Virus record (IMG/VR): IMGVR_UViG_3300050821_002957
Span: 310,001 to 374,000 of that record
DNA: 64,000 bases
Strand: one strand, 5' to 3'
In this document: positions 18,068-27,123 of the stretch, in pieces
Layout of the letters: each line of letters starts with the position of its first letter
Numbering within the stretch: position 1 is the stretch's first letter
Program-made: the position numbers and the translations under genes
The notes under the pieces: model-generated
What the model was told of the DNA's origin: nothing
Databases searched by the model: none
Seen by the model: only the letters and a program-made list of their open reading frames with translations

Positions 18068-19985
18068 AGAACTGTCTTGGCGAAATTTTTTGAGCACTGG
18101 TAATGTGCCAACAGTAATCCGGCTCAATACATCACCAACCACACTTATTCTTGGATATAACGGTTCTGGCAAATCAACTTTTCTTGATGCAATTTGTTAC
18201 GCACTGTTCAAGAAGCCATTCCGCAAGATCAAGAAAGATCAGATCGTCAACACTATCAACGGCAGTGATTGTGAAGTCAGGATTGATTTCTCTATTGGCA
18301 CCCATGACTATACTGTGCGCCGGGGAATCAAGCCTGACTTCTTTGAGATCATCATGCCGGATGGAGAACCACGTAAGAAGGCCGCAGGAGCCAAGGACGA
18401 TCAGGCATTCTTGGAAGAAGACATTCTGAAGGTCAACTACGAATCGTTTACTCAGGTCGTCATTCTCGGTAATGCTGCCTACACGCCTTTCATGCAGTTG
18501 AAGGCAGCACAACGGAGAGAATTCATCGAGCACATTCTAGACATCGGTGTCTTCAGTAGCATGAACGAAATTCTGAAGAAGAAGCAGACCACGGTCACAA
18601 CTTCTTTGGCAACGCTCAACAAAGACATTGATCTTCAAAAAGAAAAGCTCACTCTGGTCAAGGGCTTCATCGACAAGTTGGAAGCAGATCGAAAGAAGGC
18701 CAATAAAAATATCATCGCTCAGATGGCCGAACAGAATGCCATCATCGACGAATTGGAGCCGGTCGCTGATAATCTACAAAAAGAAATCACGGCGTTGCAT
18801 GAACAGTTGCAATCGAAGACAAAGGAATTGAACGCTGCTTCGGTGAAAGAAATTGATGCACTTACCGATCAGATGGAAGATAGTCTGGATGCGCTTCGGG
18901 AAAAGATCGTCGATACGTCTGCCATTGAGAACCGGCTTCGTACTATGTCTCCACTGCGTACCGGCATTCTGAACAACATCAAGAATACCAAGGCGTCTAT
19001 TTTATTTTACGAAGACAATGACTCCTGCAAGACCTGTAAGCAAGGTATTGAACAACAGTTTCGGTCGAACATCATTGAGCAAAAGCAAAAACAGATTGAA
19101 GAGTACGAAGTCGGTCTCGCCAAGTTGGACAAAGAAGTAGAAAAGCAACAAGCACGTCTTACCGAACTGAACGAAAGCAATCGTAAGTTAGAAGAGCAAA
19201 TTAGTAAGGCTCAATCGGCACATCAAGTCACTGTCCGTAAGATGATGCATGAGAATACGGCGAACATTGCGGAGATGACGGCAGAGTTACAGGCTGATCT
19301 CAAATTTCTCAATGCCAAACATAGCACACACTCTGCAACCCTTAGTGGCGCACGTCAACTCGTAAAGAAGATGGAGGCCGACAAGAAGGCAGCGGAGTCA
19401 TCCAAGAACATCGACGAACAGTACAAGAAACGTGACGAAATTGTAGAAAAGGCCGATAAGCTAGAATCGACCAAGGCAGATGCAATCGAGACCCGGCATT
19501 TTTATGAGATCGCCGCCGTCCTGTTGAAAGATTCCGGCATCAAGGCAGCGATCATCAAGCAGTATTTGCCGATGATCAATAAGCTGGTCAATAAGTATCT
19601 GGTCGAGCTTGACTTTTATTTGCTGTTTGCCCTGGACGAAAATTTCGACGAGACATTCAAGAGTCGGCATCGGGACACGCTTCAGTATTATTCATTTTCT
19701 GAAGGTGAGAAACTCCGTATCGACTTAGCGTTGCTGTTTTGTTGGAGAGACATTGCCAGGATGAAAAATTCCTGTGCTTGTAATTTGCTAATTTTAGACG
19801 AAGTAATAGACGGTTCAATGGATCACAATGGAACCGATTTTTTCATCAAATTGATCAATGAGCTTGGAACTGGTTCTAATGTATTCGTGATTTCGCACAA
19901 ACAAGACTCGTCGCTAGATAAGTTTAAAGATGTTTTGCGTTTTGAAAAGGTGAAAAATTTCAGTCAGTTGGCGGTGAATCTATGA
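18054..19985 (+). CDS. gp46: Recombination ATPase gp46 (Rad50/SbcC-like)
   Basis: NFLSTGN, GYNGSGKST, CKTC zinc hook in coiled coil, FSEGEK, LILDE, ISH. Confidence 0.95.
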   Translation: MIVFKELSWRNFLSTGNVPTVIRLNTSPTTLILGYNGSGKSTFLDAICYALFKKPFRKIKKDQIVNTINGSDCEVRIDFSIGTHDYTVRRGIKPDFFEIIMPDGEPRKKAAGAKDDQAFLEEDILKVNYESFTQVVILGNAAYTPFMQLKAAQRREFIEHILDIGVFSSMNEILKKKQTTVTTSLATLNKDIDLQKEKLTLVKGFIDKLEADRKKANKNIIAQMAEQNAIIDELEPVADNLQKEITALHEQLQSKTKELNAASVKEIDALTDQMEDSLDALREKIVDTSAIENRLRTMSPLRTGILNNIKNTKASILFYEDNDSCKTCKQGIEQQFRSNIIEQKQKQIEEYEVGLAKLDKEVEKQQARLTELNESNRKLEEQISKAQSAHQVTVRKMMHENTANIAEMTAELQADLKFLNAKHSTHSATLSGARQLVKKMEADKKAAESSKNIDEQYKKRDEIVEKADKLESTKADAIETRHFYEIAAVLLKDSGIKAAIIKQYLPMINKLVNKYLVELDFYLLFALDENFDETFKSRHRDTLQYYSFSEGEKLRIDLALLFCWRDIARMKNSCACNLLILDEVIDGSMDHNGTDFFIKLINELGTGSNVFVISHKQDSSLDKFKDVLRFEKVKNFSQLAVNL

Positions 19986-20185
19986 AAATGAAAGAATGTC
20001 CGACATGTGAAGGTGAGAAGACAGAGCCTTGTGAATTGTGTGATGGCAGCGGAACCTGTCAGCACTGTAATGATGGTCAGTGTCCCGATTGCTACGGCGA
20101 CGGATACCAAGACTGTTTTGAATGTGACGGGGAAGGTCAGGTCGAAGATGACGATGCACCAGAGGAAGACGAAGAAAGTGAATGA
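19982..20185 (+). CDS. DnaJ-type CxxCxGxG zinc-finger protein
   Basis: Repeated CxxCxGxG. Confidence 0.7.
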   Translation: MKMKECPTCEGEKTEPCELCDGSGTCQHCNDGQCPDCYGDGYQDCFECDGEGQVEDDDAPEEDEESE

Positions 20186-20456
20186 ATGCCTTGATTTTCG
20201 AGATAAGCCACTGAAGAAAGGCGATTGGGTGATTCGGGCCGTCAGCTATGGGTCAACCAGCGCATGGCTTGTCTATTCTCGTCTTGAAGAAGATCCTCAA
20301 CCAAATCCGAAAAAGGGTGGCTGGGCCTTTTGGATCAGGACTTATAGGCACGGTATTTTTGGTGGACGAGGTAAGGCAGAAAATCATACCACCATGATTC
20401 GTATTGAAGAATCTGAAGTTCCAAAAGAAATTTTAGAAGCGGCATCGAAGTTATAA
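20178..20456 (+). CDS. Hypothetical protein
   Basis: GTG start overlapping upstream gene. Confidence 0.55.
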   Translation: MNECLDFRDKPLKKGDWVIRAVSYGSTSAWLVYSRLEEDPQPNPKKGGWAFWIRTYRHGIFGGRGKAENHTTMIRIEESEVPKEILEAASKL

Positions 20457-20464
20457 GTACGGAT

Positions 20465-21802
20465 ATGACCCTACAAGAGAAAATTGAAACCAGGACTGCT
20501 CGGATCGGAATCATTGGTCTTGGGTATGTCGGCTTGCCTCTCGCCGTCGAATTTGGAAAGGCCGGATTTCATGTACATGGATTTGATCTTGACGAGGAAA
20601 AGGTTACCAACATCAAGACTGGATTTAATTATATTCCTGATGTCGATCCAGACGAACTTCGTAAGCTGTGTGATGCACATTTTGAAAACGTCAATCAAAG
20701 ACCACAACTGGGCGGAAGTTTGACGGCATCTTCAGTCTTTACTCCTTTAGCTGACATGGACGCAGTGATTATTTGTGTTCCTACTCCGCTCAAAAAGACA
20801 AAAGATCCCGATATTCAATACATTGTTGCGGCCTGTGAATCGATTGCACGACATCTTCATTCGCCGATGCTGATTTCTCTTGAATCCTCGACCTATCCTG
20901 GGACCACGGATGAATTGATGTTGCCGATGTTCCAACGAGAAGGATTTGAAGTCGGCAAGGATTTCTTCTTGTGCTTCTCGCCGGAAAGAGTCGATCCGGG
21001 CAACAAAGATTTTCATACCAAAAACATTCCCAAGGTCATCGGCGGTATCACTCCAGAATGCACTAGACTGGGCCAACTGTTGTATGAAACTGCCATTCAG
21101 ACGATCATTCCGGTCCAAGGCACACGCACGGCAGAGATGGTGAAGCTGCTTGAGAACACATTCCGCATGGTCAATATCGGATTGGTCAACGAACTGGCGA
21201 TCATGTGCGACAAGATGAACATCAACATCTGGGAAGTGATCGATGCCGCAAAGACCAAGCCATTCGGGTTCATGCCTTTCTATCCAGGTCCAGGTCTTGG
21301 TGGTCATTGTATTCCTATTGATCCGTTTTATTTTTCCTGGAAGGCCAAGCAATATGGATGTGAACCACGCTTCATTGAGACAGCAGGCTACGCCAACGCT
21401 CAGATGCCTCACTATGTCGTCCAGAAGGTCCAGGACGCATTGAACAAAGAGAAGAAGGCTATCAATGGGTCCAAGATTCTGATCCTAGGAATGGCGTACA
21501 AACGTGACATTGACGACGTGCGTGAATCCCCGGCGCTTGACGTTGCTCATTTACTATTGGACAAGGGCGCAGAGCTTCAATATTTCGACATGTACATTCC
21601 TAAAGCTAGGGTGAATGGATATCATCTGGAAAGCCTTAGAGTTGATCAAATTGACGATGCCGTAGATAACGCAGATTGCATCGTCATTACCACCGATCAC
21701 AGCTACATGGATTACAAAGATGTGGTCGAGCACTGCAAACTGATTGTCGATACCAGGAACGCTTTGAAAGGATTGAATGATCCTAAAATTGTTCGGATAT
21801 GA
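20465..21802 (+). CDS. Nucleotide-sugar (UDP-GlcNAc-type) 6-dehydrogenase
   Basis: GLGYVGLP, CVPTP, FSPER, KLLENTFR.VN, GPGLGGHCIPIDP, D.RESPA. Confidence 0.93.
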   Translation: MTLQEKIETRTARIGIIGLGYVGLPLAVEFGKAGFHVHGFDLDEEKVTNIKTGFNYIPDVDPDELRKLCDAHFENVNQRPQLGGSLTASSVFTPLADMDAVIICVPTPLKKTKDPDIQYIVAACESIARHLHSPMLISLESSTYPGTTDELMLPMFQREGFEVGKDFFLCFSPERVDPGNKDFHTKNIPKVIGGITPECTRLGQLLYETAIQTIIPVQGTRTAEMVKLLENTFRMVNIGLVNELAIMCDKMNINIWEVIDAAKTKPFGFMPFYPGPGLGGHCIPIDPFYFSWKAKQYGCEPRFIETAGYANAQMPHYVVQKVQDALNKEKKAINGSKILILGMAYKRDIDDVRESPALDVAHLLLDKGAELQYFDMYIPKARVNGYHLESLRVDQIDDAVDNADCIVITTDHSYMDYKDVVEHCKLIVDTRNALKGLNDPKIVRI

Positions 21803-21883
21803 AAAAAAGAGAAGATTTTTGGATCAATGCCGTAGAATTGTTAGAAACTTGACAGATCCCAAAATCGTGCGAATCTAGTTGTC

Positions 21884-22129
21884 ATGGAAAAGGTGAAGAT
21901 TTTTAGTCATTGTGATTTTCTGGAAAAACAGGTCAATGATTGGATTGCTGCAACAAAACCTAAAATTACGAGGGTCTTGCAGACACAAGCAGGAGACTAT
22001 GGTACTTACGTCATTCTGACCATCTTTTACGAGGACACGGTGGATACGATGCAGGATGAGCTTTACCGCTCCGACATAAGAAGAGCATATATTCCACCCA
22101 GCATTATGGATTTGGAAGTAAATGTGTGA
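21884..22129 (+). CDS. Hypothetical protein
   Basis: Behind TTGACA-N16-GAATCT promoter at 21849-21876. Confidence 0.6.
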   Translation: MEKVKIFSHCDFLEKQVNDWIAATKPKITRVLQTQAGDYGTYVILTIFYEDTVDTMQDELYRSDIRRAYIPPSIMDLEVNV

Positions 22130-22509
22130 TAGAACTTTCTGAAGCTCATTTTGTCGAAGTGCTTGAGGCGCTCCATCGTGATCAGACCGGCCTTGCTGAT
22201 GCTTTGCTGGCCGTCAGGAAACTTGCACTGTCCCGATCATGGATTGTAGAAGGCCGTGGTAGCTACGAATGGGATGATGATCGCTACCAAGAGGAATTTG
22301 GAGCCTTTCTTACAGAAATAGTTGAGGAAATTGACAAGGCTCTCCATAAAAGCAGTCGAGCGCATCAAATTTGCTGTGGAACTTATCGGCATCTAGCAAT
22401 TCATGATAAAGGTCCGGTCCAGATGAGATTAAATTTTGGGATGGCAGCGTATGAAGATTATGCGGACTTCGTAGAGCATGTCATCAAGGTGTCCTCACTT
22501 GAAGTTTGA
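22126..22509 (+). CDS. Hypothetical protein
   Basis: Coupled ORF. Confidence 0.6.
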   Translation: MIELSEAHFVEVLEALHRDQTGLADALLAVRKLALSRSWIVEGRGSYEWDDDRYQEEFGAFLTEIVEEIDKALHKSSRAHQICCGTYRHLAIHDKGPVQMRLNFGMAAYEDYADFVEHVIKVSSLEV

Positions 22510-22675
22510 ATATAAAACAGTTCCGTCTAATTGGATGTATCGAGAGCAGTGGCTTGACCTTTTAAACAAGGAAGGTCAAGATGGATGGGAAATTGTAGAA
22601 ACTCGCCAAGGTCCATCTGGGTTTTTGACTTTCAAGAGGCAGATCGACGAAGGAATATGGGATACCACAAAGTAG
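22478..22675 (+). CDS. DUF4177-like small protein
   Basis: FEYKTV...LNKEGQDGWEIV...FKR. Confidence 0.65.
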   Translation: MSSRCPHLKFEYKTVPSNWMYREQWLDLLNKEGQDGWEIVETRQGPSGFLTFKRQIDEGIWDTTK

Positions 22676-22896
22676 AGATTAAAAGAGGCGTTCTTGGAGA
22701 GATCAGTAAAATCCAGGAAGAGCTTGACGAACTACAAGACGCTGAAGGGCAGCATGTTCGTCTTTTGATGTTGTGTGAACTGGCGGATTTGGTAGGAGCC
22801 ATTGACCACTATCTCAGAGTAAATTTTCCAGATTGGGGCATTAACGATTTGCATCATATGGCATTGCTTACACAAGAGCACAAAGAGGGGAGATGA
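22657..22896 (+). CDS. MazG-like all-alpha NTP pyrophosphohydrolase-fold protein
   Basis: KIQEELDEL...ELADL (EExxE...ExxD). Confidence 0.65.
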   Translation: MGYHKVEIKRGVLGEISKIQEELDELQDAEGQHVRLLMLCELADLVGAIDHYLRVNFPDWGINDLHHMALLTQEHKEGR

Positions 22897-23255
22897 GTAG
22901 AACAATTAACGATCACGTAGTACAGGGCGATACTGCTCGACAATTAATCATTGAAGTCTTGGATGAACCCGGACAAGGCGGCGCAAATCATTTGTACGCT
23001 ATTAGGAATGGCCTAGATTTTTTGTGCAGCGTCAGATTTCAAAATGGTCCGATTAAGGAATTTGGTGTGAATGGCATCACTCAAGAAGCGTTGTTGGCAA
23101 TCGTCATCGACCGGCTGCGTTGTTTTCAGGCAGGACCGTTCGCCGGGGAACACAATGCCATTGCTCTTGAAAAGTGTGAAGATGCCCTGAATCACTTACA
23201 GGCACGAACCAGAGATCGTATTGCTCGTGGTGTCGAAGGAACAAGCACAAAATGA
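22893..23255 (+). CDS. Acb2/Tad1-like hairpin domain protein (putative nucleotide-signal sponge)
   Basis: FQNGPIKEFGVNGITQEALLAIVIDRL..FQAGPF...NAIALEKCEDAL..L..RT.DR..RGVEG. Confidence 0.55.
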   Translation: MSRTINDHVVQGDTARQLIIEVLDEPGQGGANHLYAIRNGLDFLCSVRFQNGPIKEFGVNGITQEALLAIVIDRLRCFQAGPFAGEHNAIALEKCEDALNHLQARTRDRIARGVEGTSTK

Positions 23256-23989
23256 TGAAACACTGCATGATCGATTATGGCTTGGTAGGACAGGCTCAGA
23301 CGTTCTATAAGGCGTTGGGATACATTAACCTCGACTTACCTTGGTTGGTCAGTCCGCAGGCGATTGTAGCCACACTACCGGCTGGCAAGAAGATATTTCA
23401 AAGCAATTTCGGATGTCTGGTTGGTTCCGGCGAGCAGAGCTTTATTCAGATGATGATGGATGGTACTTTGAAACCCGGAAAGTATCAGACTACGACGCCT
23501 TGTTTCCGTGATGAAGAACCTATTTCCGAATTTTCACGGTTGAATTTTTTGAAGACAGAATTGATTTGGTACATGCCGGATGTCGAATTGAAAGTAGCAT
23601 ACGATAAAGTTTTGAACGATGCTCTTTCGTGCTTTTTTGAAATTTCTCATGCTGACACATTGGATGCGGTTCAAACATCTGAAGGATTTGACATTTGCTG
23701 CAACGGAATCGAGCTAGGAAGCTACGGCGTGCGGAAAATGGGCGAACATACCTGGGTCTTTGGGACCGGCCTTGCAGAGCCACGATTCTCCATGACTGTA
23801 AATCGTCGTCTCACTCCCGAAATCTTGGAAAAGCAGCGTGCAGATGAATTGGAACAAGAACGTCTAGAGCATGAAGCAATGCATCTTGCTGGTCATGCAC
23901 ATTCTCACGATCCAAACGGGATTTTGTTGGATCACAATCATGAACCGATCAGCGAGCAGGAAGAGACTTCCGTCGCACAAGAATCTTAA
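23252..23989 (+). CDS. Class II aminoacyl-tRNA synthetase-like catalytic-domain-only protein with His-rich tail
   Basis: Motif 2-like PCFRDE...FLKTEL, GIELGSYG, motif 3-like GTGLAEPR; no anticodon domain. Confidence 0.75.
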   Translation: MMKHCMIDYGLVGQAQTFYKALGYINLDLPWLVSPQAIVATLPAGKKIFQSNFGCLVGSGEQSFIQMMMDGTLKPGKYQTTTPCFRDEEPISEFSRLNFLKTELIWYMPDVELKVAYDKVLNDALSCFFEISHADTLDAVQTSEGFDICCNGIELGSYGVRKMGEHTWVFGTGLAEPRFSMTVNRRLTPEILEKQRADELEQERLEHEAMHLAGHAHSHDPNGILLDHNHEPISEQEETSVAQES

Positions 23990-24308
23990 TAGGGATTCCG
24001 TGTTCGTACATCACTTTTCCTTCATAATCTTTCCGGCGTAAGGCTTCATTTCCAGGATGATTTTCTGAAGTCAGTTCTACCCATTCACTACGACTGCCGA
24101 CACCTTTGTTCGCCGGGTCGGAAAGATTCTCTGCGTTATTGAGCCAGCGTTTGTTCATGACGACTTGTTTCATCCTCTTCGCCGTAGACCAATGCTGTAT
24201 CGTGGGTTTGAAGGAAACTGTACGTTCGGCGGTGGCAGTTTCTTCATCGTCTCCAGGGATGTTGAATGCGCCCAAGCCATCACCCAGCCACCAATGTAGC
24301 CCATACAT
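23949..24308 (-). CDS. Hypothetical protein
   Basis: ORF in minus-strand run; start uncertain. Confidence 0.5.
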   Translation of the reverse strand: MYGLHWWLGDGLGAFNIPGDDEETATAERTVSFKPTIQHWSTAKRMKQVVMNKRWLNNAENLSDPANKGVGSRSEWVELTSENHPGNEALRRKDYEGKVMYEHGIPIKILVRRKSLPAR

Positions 24309-24327
24309 ACTGAAGTTGGAATGCCCA

Positions 24328-24978
24328 TTAGAATTCGATTTCCTTTGCTGGTTTGTATTTGAGTAGGGCGGCGAGTTCGACCATTAATTCATTGAAGTCG
24401 GACGGTTTTTCTTCCATCTTGTATCGCTTTGCAATTGGTTGGATTCGACGATCTTCATCGCTTCGAGCTTCATCTTTATACCAATACGTCTTGGCTTCAC
24501 GGTCGATATCGTAGCAGCCTCGTTTTTCGTAGTGGGCACAAATGTCAGCGTGCATTTCCTTTAAGGCGTTGAGCGTCTTGATTCGAGCCACTCGTTGTTT
24601 TTCAGGGCGCTCGATTTCATCACGCATGTTATGATCGGTCTCACGTTGAAGTTGTTTGAGCCGCTCTGATGCCATCTCCCAGTTCATATAGATCATGCGT
24701 TGAATCCACCACTTATTTTCAAGTAGGACTTTGAGCCGGGTTTCTTCTTCTGCTGGTGTGTGCGTCGGAGTGATCCATTTTTTGGTGACTGGATCACGTC
24801 GTCCTTCTGTCCACTTCTTCTTGCCGTAAGGATGGTAAGGAGATTCTTCAATATCACGAGGAATCGGTTCAAAATTCAGCACGTTGGATTCCTGGCGTGA
24901 ATTATCTACCAGCCGCACGAGGACACATGCATCATTGTCTTCATCGACACCAAAGCGCCGGATGGCTTCTTCCTGCAT
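24328..24978 (-). CDS. Hypothetical protein
   Basis: Coding-like ORF; frame stays open upstream to about 25013. Confidence 0.65.
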   Translation of the reverse strand: MQEEAIRRFGVDEDNDACVLVRLVDNSRQESNVLNFEPIPRDIEESPYHPYGKKKWTEGRRDPVTKKWITPTHTPAEEETRLKVLLENKWWIQRMIYMNWEMASERLKQLQRETDHNMRDEIERPEKQRVARIKTLNALKEMHADICAHYEKRGCYDIDREAKTYWYKDEARSDEDRRIQPIAKRYKMEEKPSDFNELMVELAALLKYKPAKEIEF

Positions 24979-25009
24979 CTCGTCGTAAAATTTTTGCAGT
25001 TTTTTTGGA

Positions 25010-25645
25010 TCAGGGCATCGTCGTCAGCAACGTGCGAAGGCCATCGGTATTGAAAGACTGAAGCGTACCAACAGCAGTTTCTTCAAGGAAAATATCCGAC
25101 AATGCTGGAACGATCATCGTCTTTCCGTTGACCTTGATTCTTGCTGGTCTCATGTAAAATTCGATGACATCAGATGGTGAATAGGGAGCTTTGTACTGAA
25201 ATGGCAGCGTGCGTTTTACTGGGAGACCGCCGACTGTGCAGACGTAATCTGACACTTTAAATCTCGTCGATTCGTATCCCAAGATCATATTGCACATTCC
25301 TGGTGCGACTCCACAATCGACGGCAACGATCACACCGTTTTCTTTTGCCAGAGCGTCCAGTGTAAAGGGATCTTCTTCAAAAAATGAAATGTCCACACAA
25401 TGCTTTTTGGCACGGATGATCGTCTGGAGGGCCGAATATCCAAGGAATCCTGGTAGTGCATTGACCACGAGATCAGCGTCTTGAATGTGTTCGGTGAAAT
25501 CTTGTGAAAGATCGACGACGAAACTGGGAACGCCTAAATGCAGTTCCCGAGAATCCAAGACCTTTACATCTGCAATTGATTGTTGAATATCAGAGGCGAT
25601 GGTCCGACCGACAAGACCGCCTCCGAGAACGGTGATTTTCTTCAT
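25010..25645 (-). pseudogene. Truncated saccharopine/lysine dehydrogenase-family protein (Rossmann plus partial C domain)
   Basis: VLGGGLVG, VNALPGFLG, VDISF, DCGVAPG, FNTDGLRTL, then stop at 211 aa. Confidence 0.75.
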
Positions 25646-25653
25646 AAATGCAT

Positions 25654-25815
25654 TTAGCGCTTTCGTTTTGGACGATGATCTTTTGGCTCAGAAAAGCCTT
25701 TGCACTTGCGTTGACAGCCGGTGCAGGCAGGAGTATGCTCTCGACGTTTACATCCGCATCGACCGCACTTGTCTCCAGCGTCGTAGCCTTCTTCTTGTGG
25801 TTCTTCAGCAGTCAT
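25654..25815 (-). CDS. Small Cys-rich basic protein
   Basis: MTAEEPQEEGYDAGDKCGRCGCKRREH...CTGC..KC; coupled. Confidence 0.5.
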   Translation of the reverse strand: MTAEEPQEEGYDAGDKCGRCGCKRREHTPACTGCQRKCKGFSEPKDHRPKRKR

Positions 25816-26078
25816 CGTTCGACCTCTTCTTTGATGAGGTACTTATCACCAACTTTGGAAAGGAATTTTTGGTACAAATCCATTTGGACCATCGAGAAAT
25901 ATTCGGTTCCGTTGGATGCCCCGACATTTCCTGCGTGATGCCGCCAGAGAAGGTCGTTGCAATAGGTGAAATGGAACCAGTCCTTGAATTCTTGTGGAAG
26001 GTCTGGAGGTAGATTGAATTTAAAAGTGGCGTGTTTACCACCATTCAGCGAAAGTTCAAACGTCCCTTTGATTGTCAT
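25812..26078 (-). CDS. Hypothetical protein
   Basis: Coupled ORF. Confidence 0.55.
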   Translation of the reverse strand: MTIKGTFELSLNGGKHATFKFNLPPDLPQEFKDWFHFTYCNDLLWRHHAGNVGASNGTEYFSMVQMDLYQKFLSKVGDKYLIKEEVER

Positions 26079-26486
26079 GATTTTAGTTCCCTTTCGGCGA
26101 TCAGATAAATTTCTTCTTCGATTGGCATGATGTCAGTCAGTTGATCATCACCCTCGACCAGGAGTGCAAATTTTCGTTCCGGCATCAGTTTTCGGATTTT
26201 ACAAAGGGCATTGATTGCGGTATGAACATTATCGAAAATCGCACCAAAACGCATGTAATGATGATCTTCATTCTGAAGAGTTACAAGATGCCAATTCAAA
26301 TTTCCCCTCCAACATCCGGCTGAAGAGCACACGGATCTGCGGGTAGTATAACTCAACTTGATAGGCAAATGCAAATGCGGCTAGTCGGCAAGCCTCACGA
26401 CTGTCGTAATCCCATTCTAAAAAAGTACGAGCGAAAGAGATTCCGTTTGTGACTACGTAACCGTTGCTGTAAGGAATGATGGTCAT
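26075..26486 (-). pseudogene. Probable single gene split by a 1-nt frameshift near 26300
   Basis: Two overlapping ORFs join as RMLEG-NLNWHLV if one base of GGGGAAA is removed; both outer ends are ATGA-coupled. Confidence 0.45.
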
Positions 26487-27067
26487 CTGCTCGGTGCTTT
26501 TTTCTTGGCTGGTTTCTTGATCGGGAATACGTCGTCTTCTTCATTTTCTGCGTTAGCTAATTGTGTGAAATAATCGTCCTCGTCATCATCCTTGATTGCA
26601 GGTTTCTTCTTTTTATTGCGATACTTTGGATTAGGTTTTCCTTCAGCGTCCAGTTTGTGATCTTCGATAACGTCGCCACATAGATTGCAACCCGGTCCAT
26701 ACGAAGGTTCATATTGATGATCTGGATTATTGAGCCAATCATCAATTTCTACAGGATCTTCAACCACCCATTTTGGTATCGGATATTTATCGCCGTCTTC
26801 AGGCCGACGTTCACGCACCCATCCATTCAAGTAGACCTGTTTTTCCGGGTTCATTTTGTAGCTGCCAAGTTCTGAAGCGCCACAGAGATCACAATAATTT
26901 GGAGAGACCTGCTGACCGCCTTCGTATTCGGCATCATCTGGATTGTACATGCCTCCGCAAAATGGGCAAAGAAATGGACATTCGCTGCTGACGACGTTGA
27001 AGAGATGGTCCAAGAAATCTGGATCGCCCGGTGTAGGGAGCCGGAAACCTCTTTCGTATTTTGCCAT
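26483..27067 (-). CDS. Hypothetical zinc-finger protein
   Basis: CPFC, CDLC, CNLC; behind divergent leaderless promoter. Confidence 0.65.
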   Translation of the reverse strand: MAKYERGFRLPTPGDPDFLDHLFNVVSSECPFLCPFCGGMYNPDDAEYEGGQQVSPNYCDLCGASELGSYKMNPEKQVYLNGWVRERRPEDGDKYPIPKWVVEDPVEIDDWLNNPDHQYEPSYGPGCNLCGDVIEDHKLDAEGKPNPKYRNKKKKPAIKDDDEDDYFTQLANAENEEDDVFPIKKPAKKKAPSR

Positions 27068-27073
27068 CGATCC

Positions 27074-27116
27074 AGTCTAGCACATGATTGACGCCCGGTC
27101 ATTTCGATGTTATGAT
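27074..27116. promoter_or_regulatory. Overlapping divergent leaderless promoters
   Basis: + TTGACG-N17-TATGAT (ATG 7 nt later); minus TG-N-TAGACT 6 nt before ATG 27067. Confidence 0.6.
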
Positions 27117-27123
27117 CTGAAAG

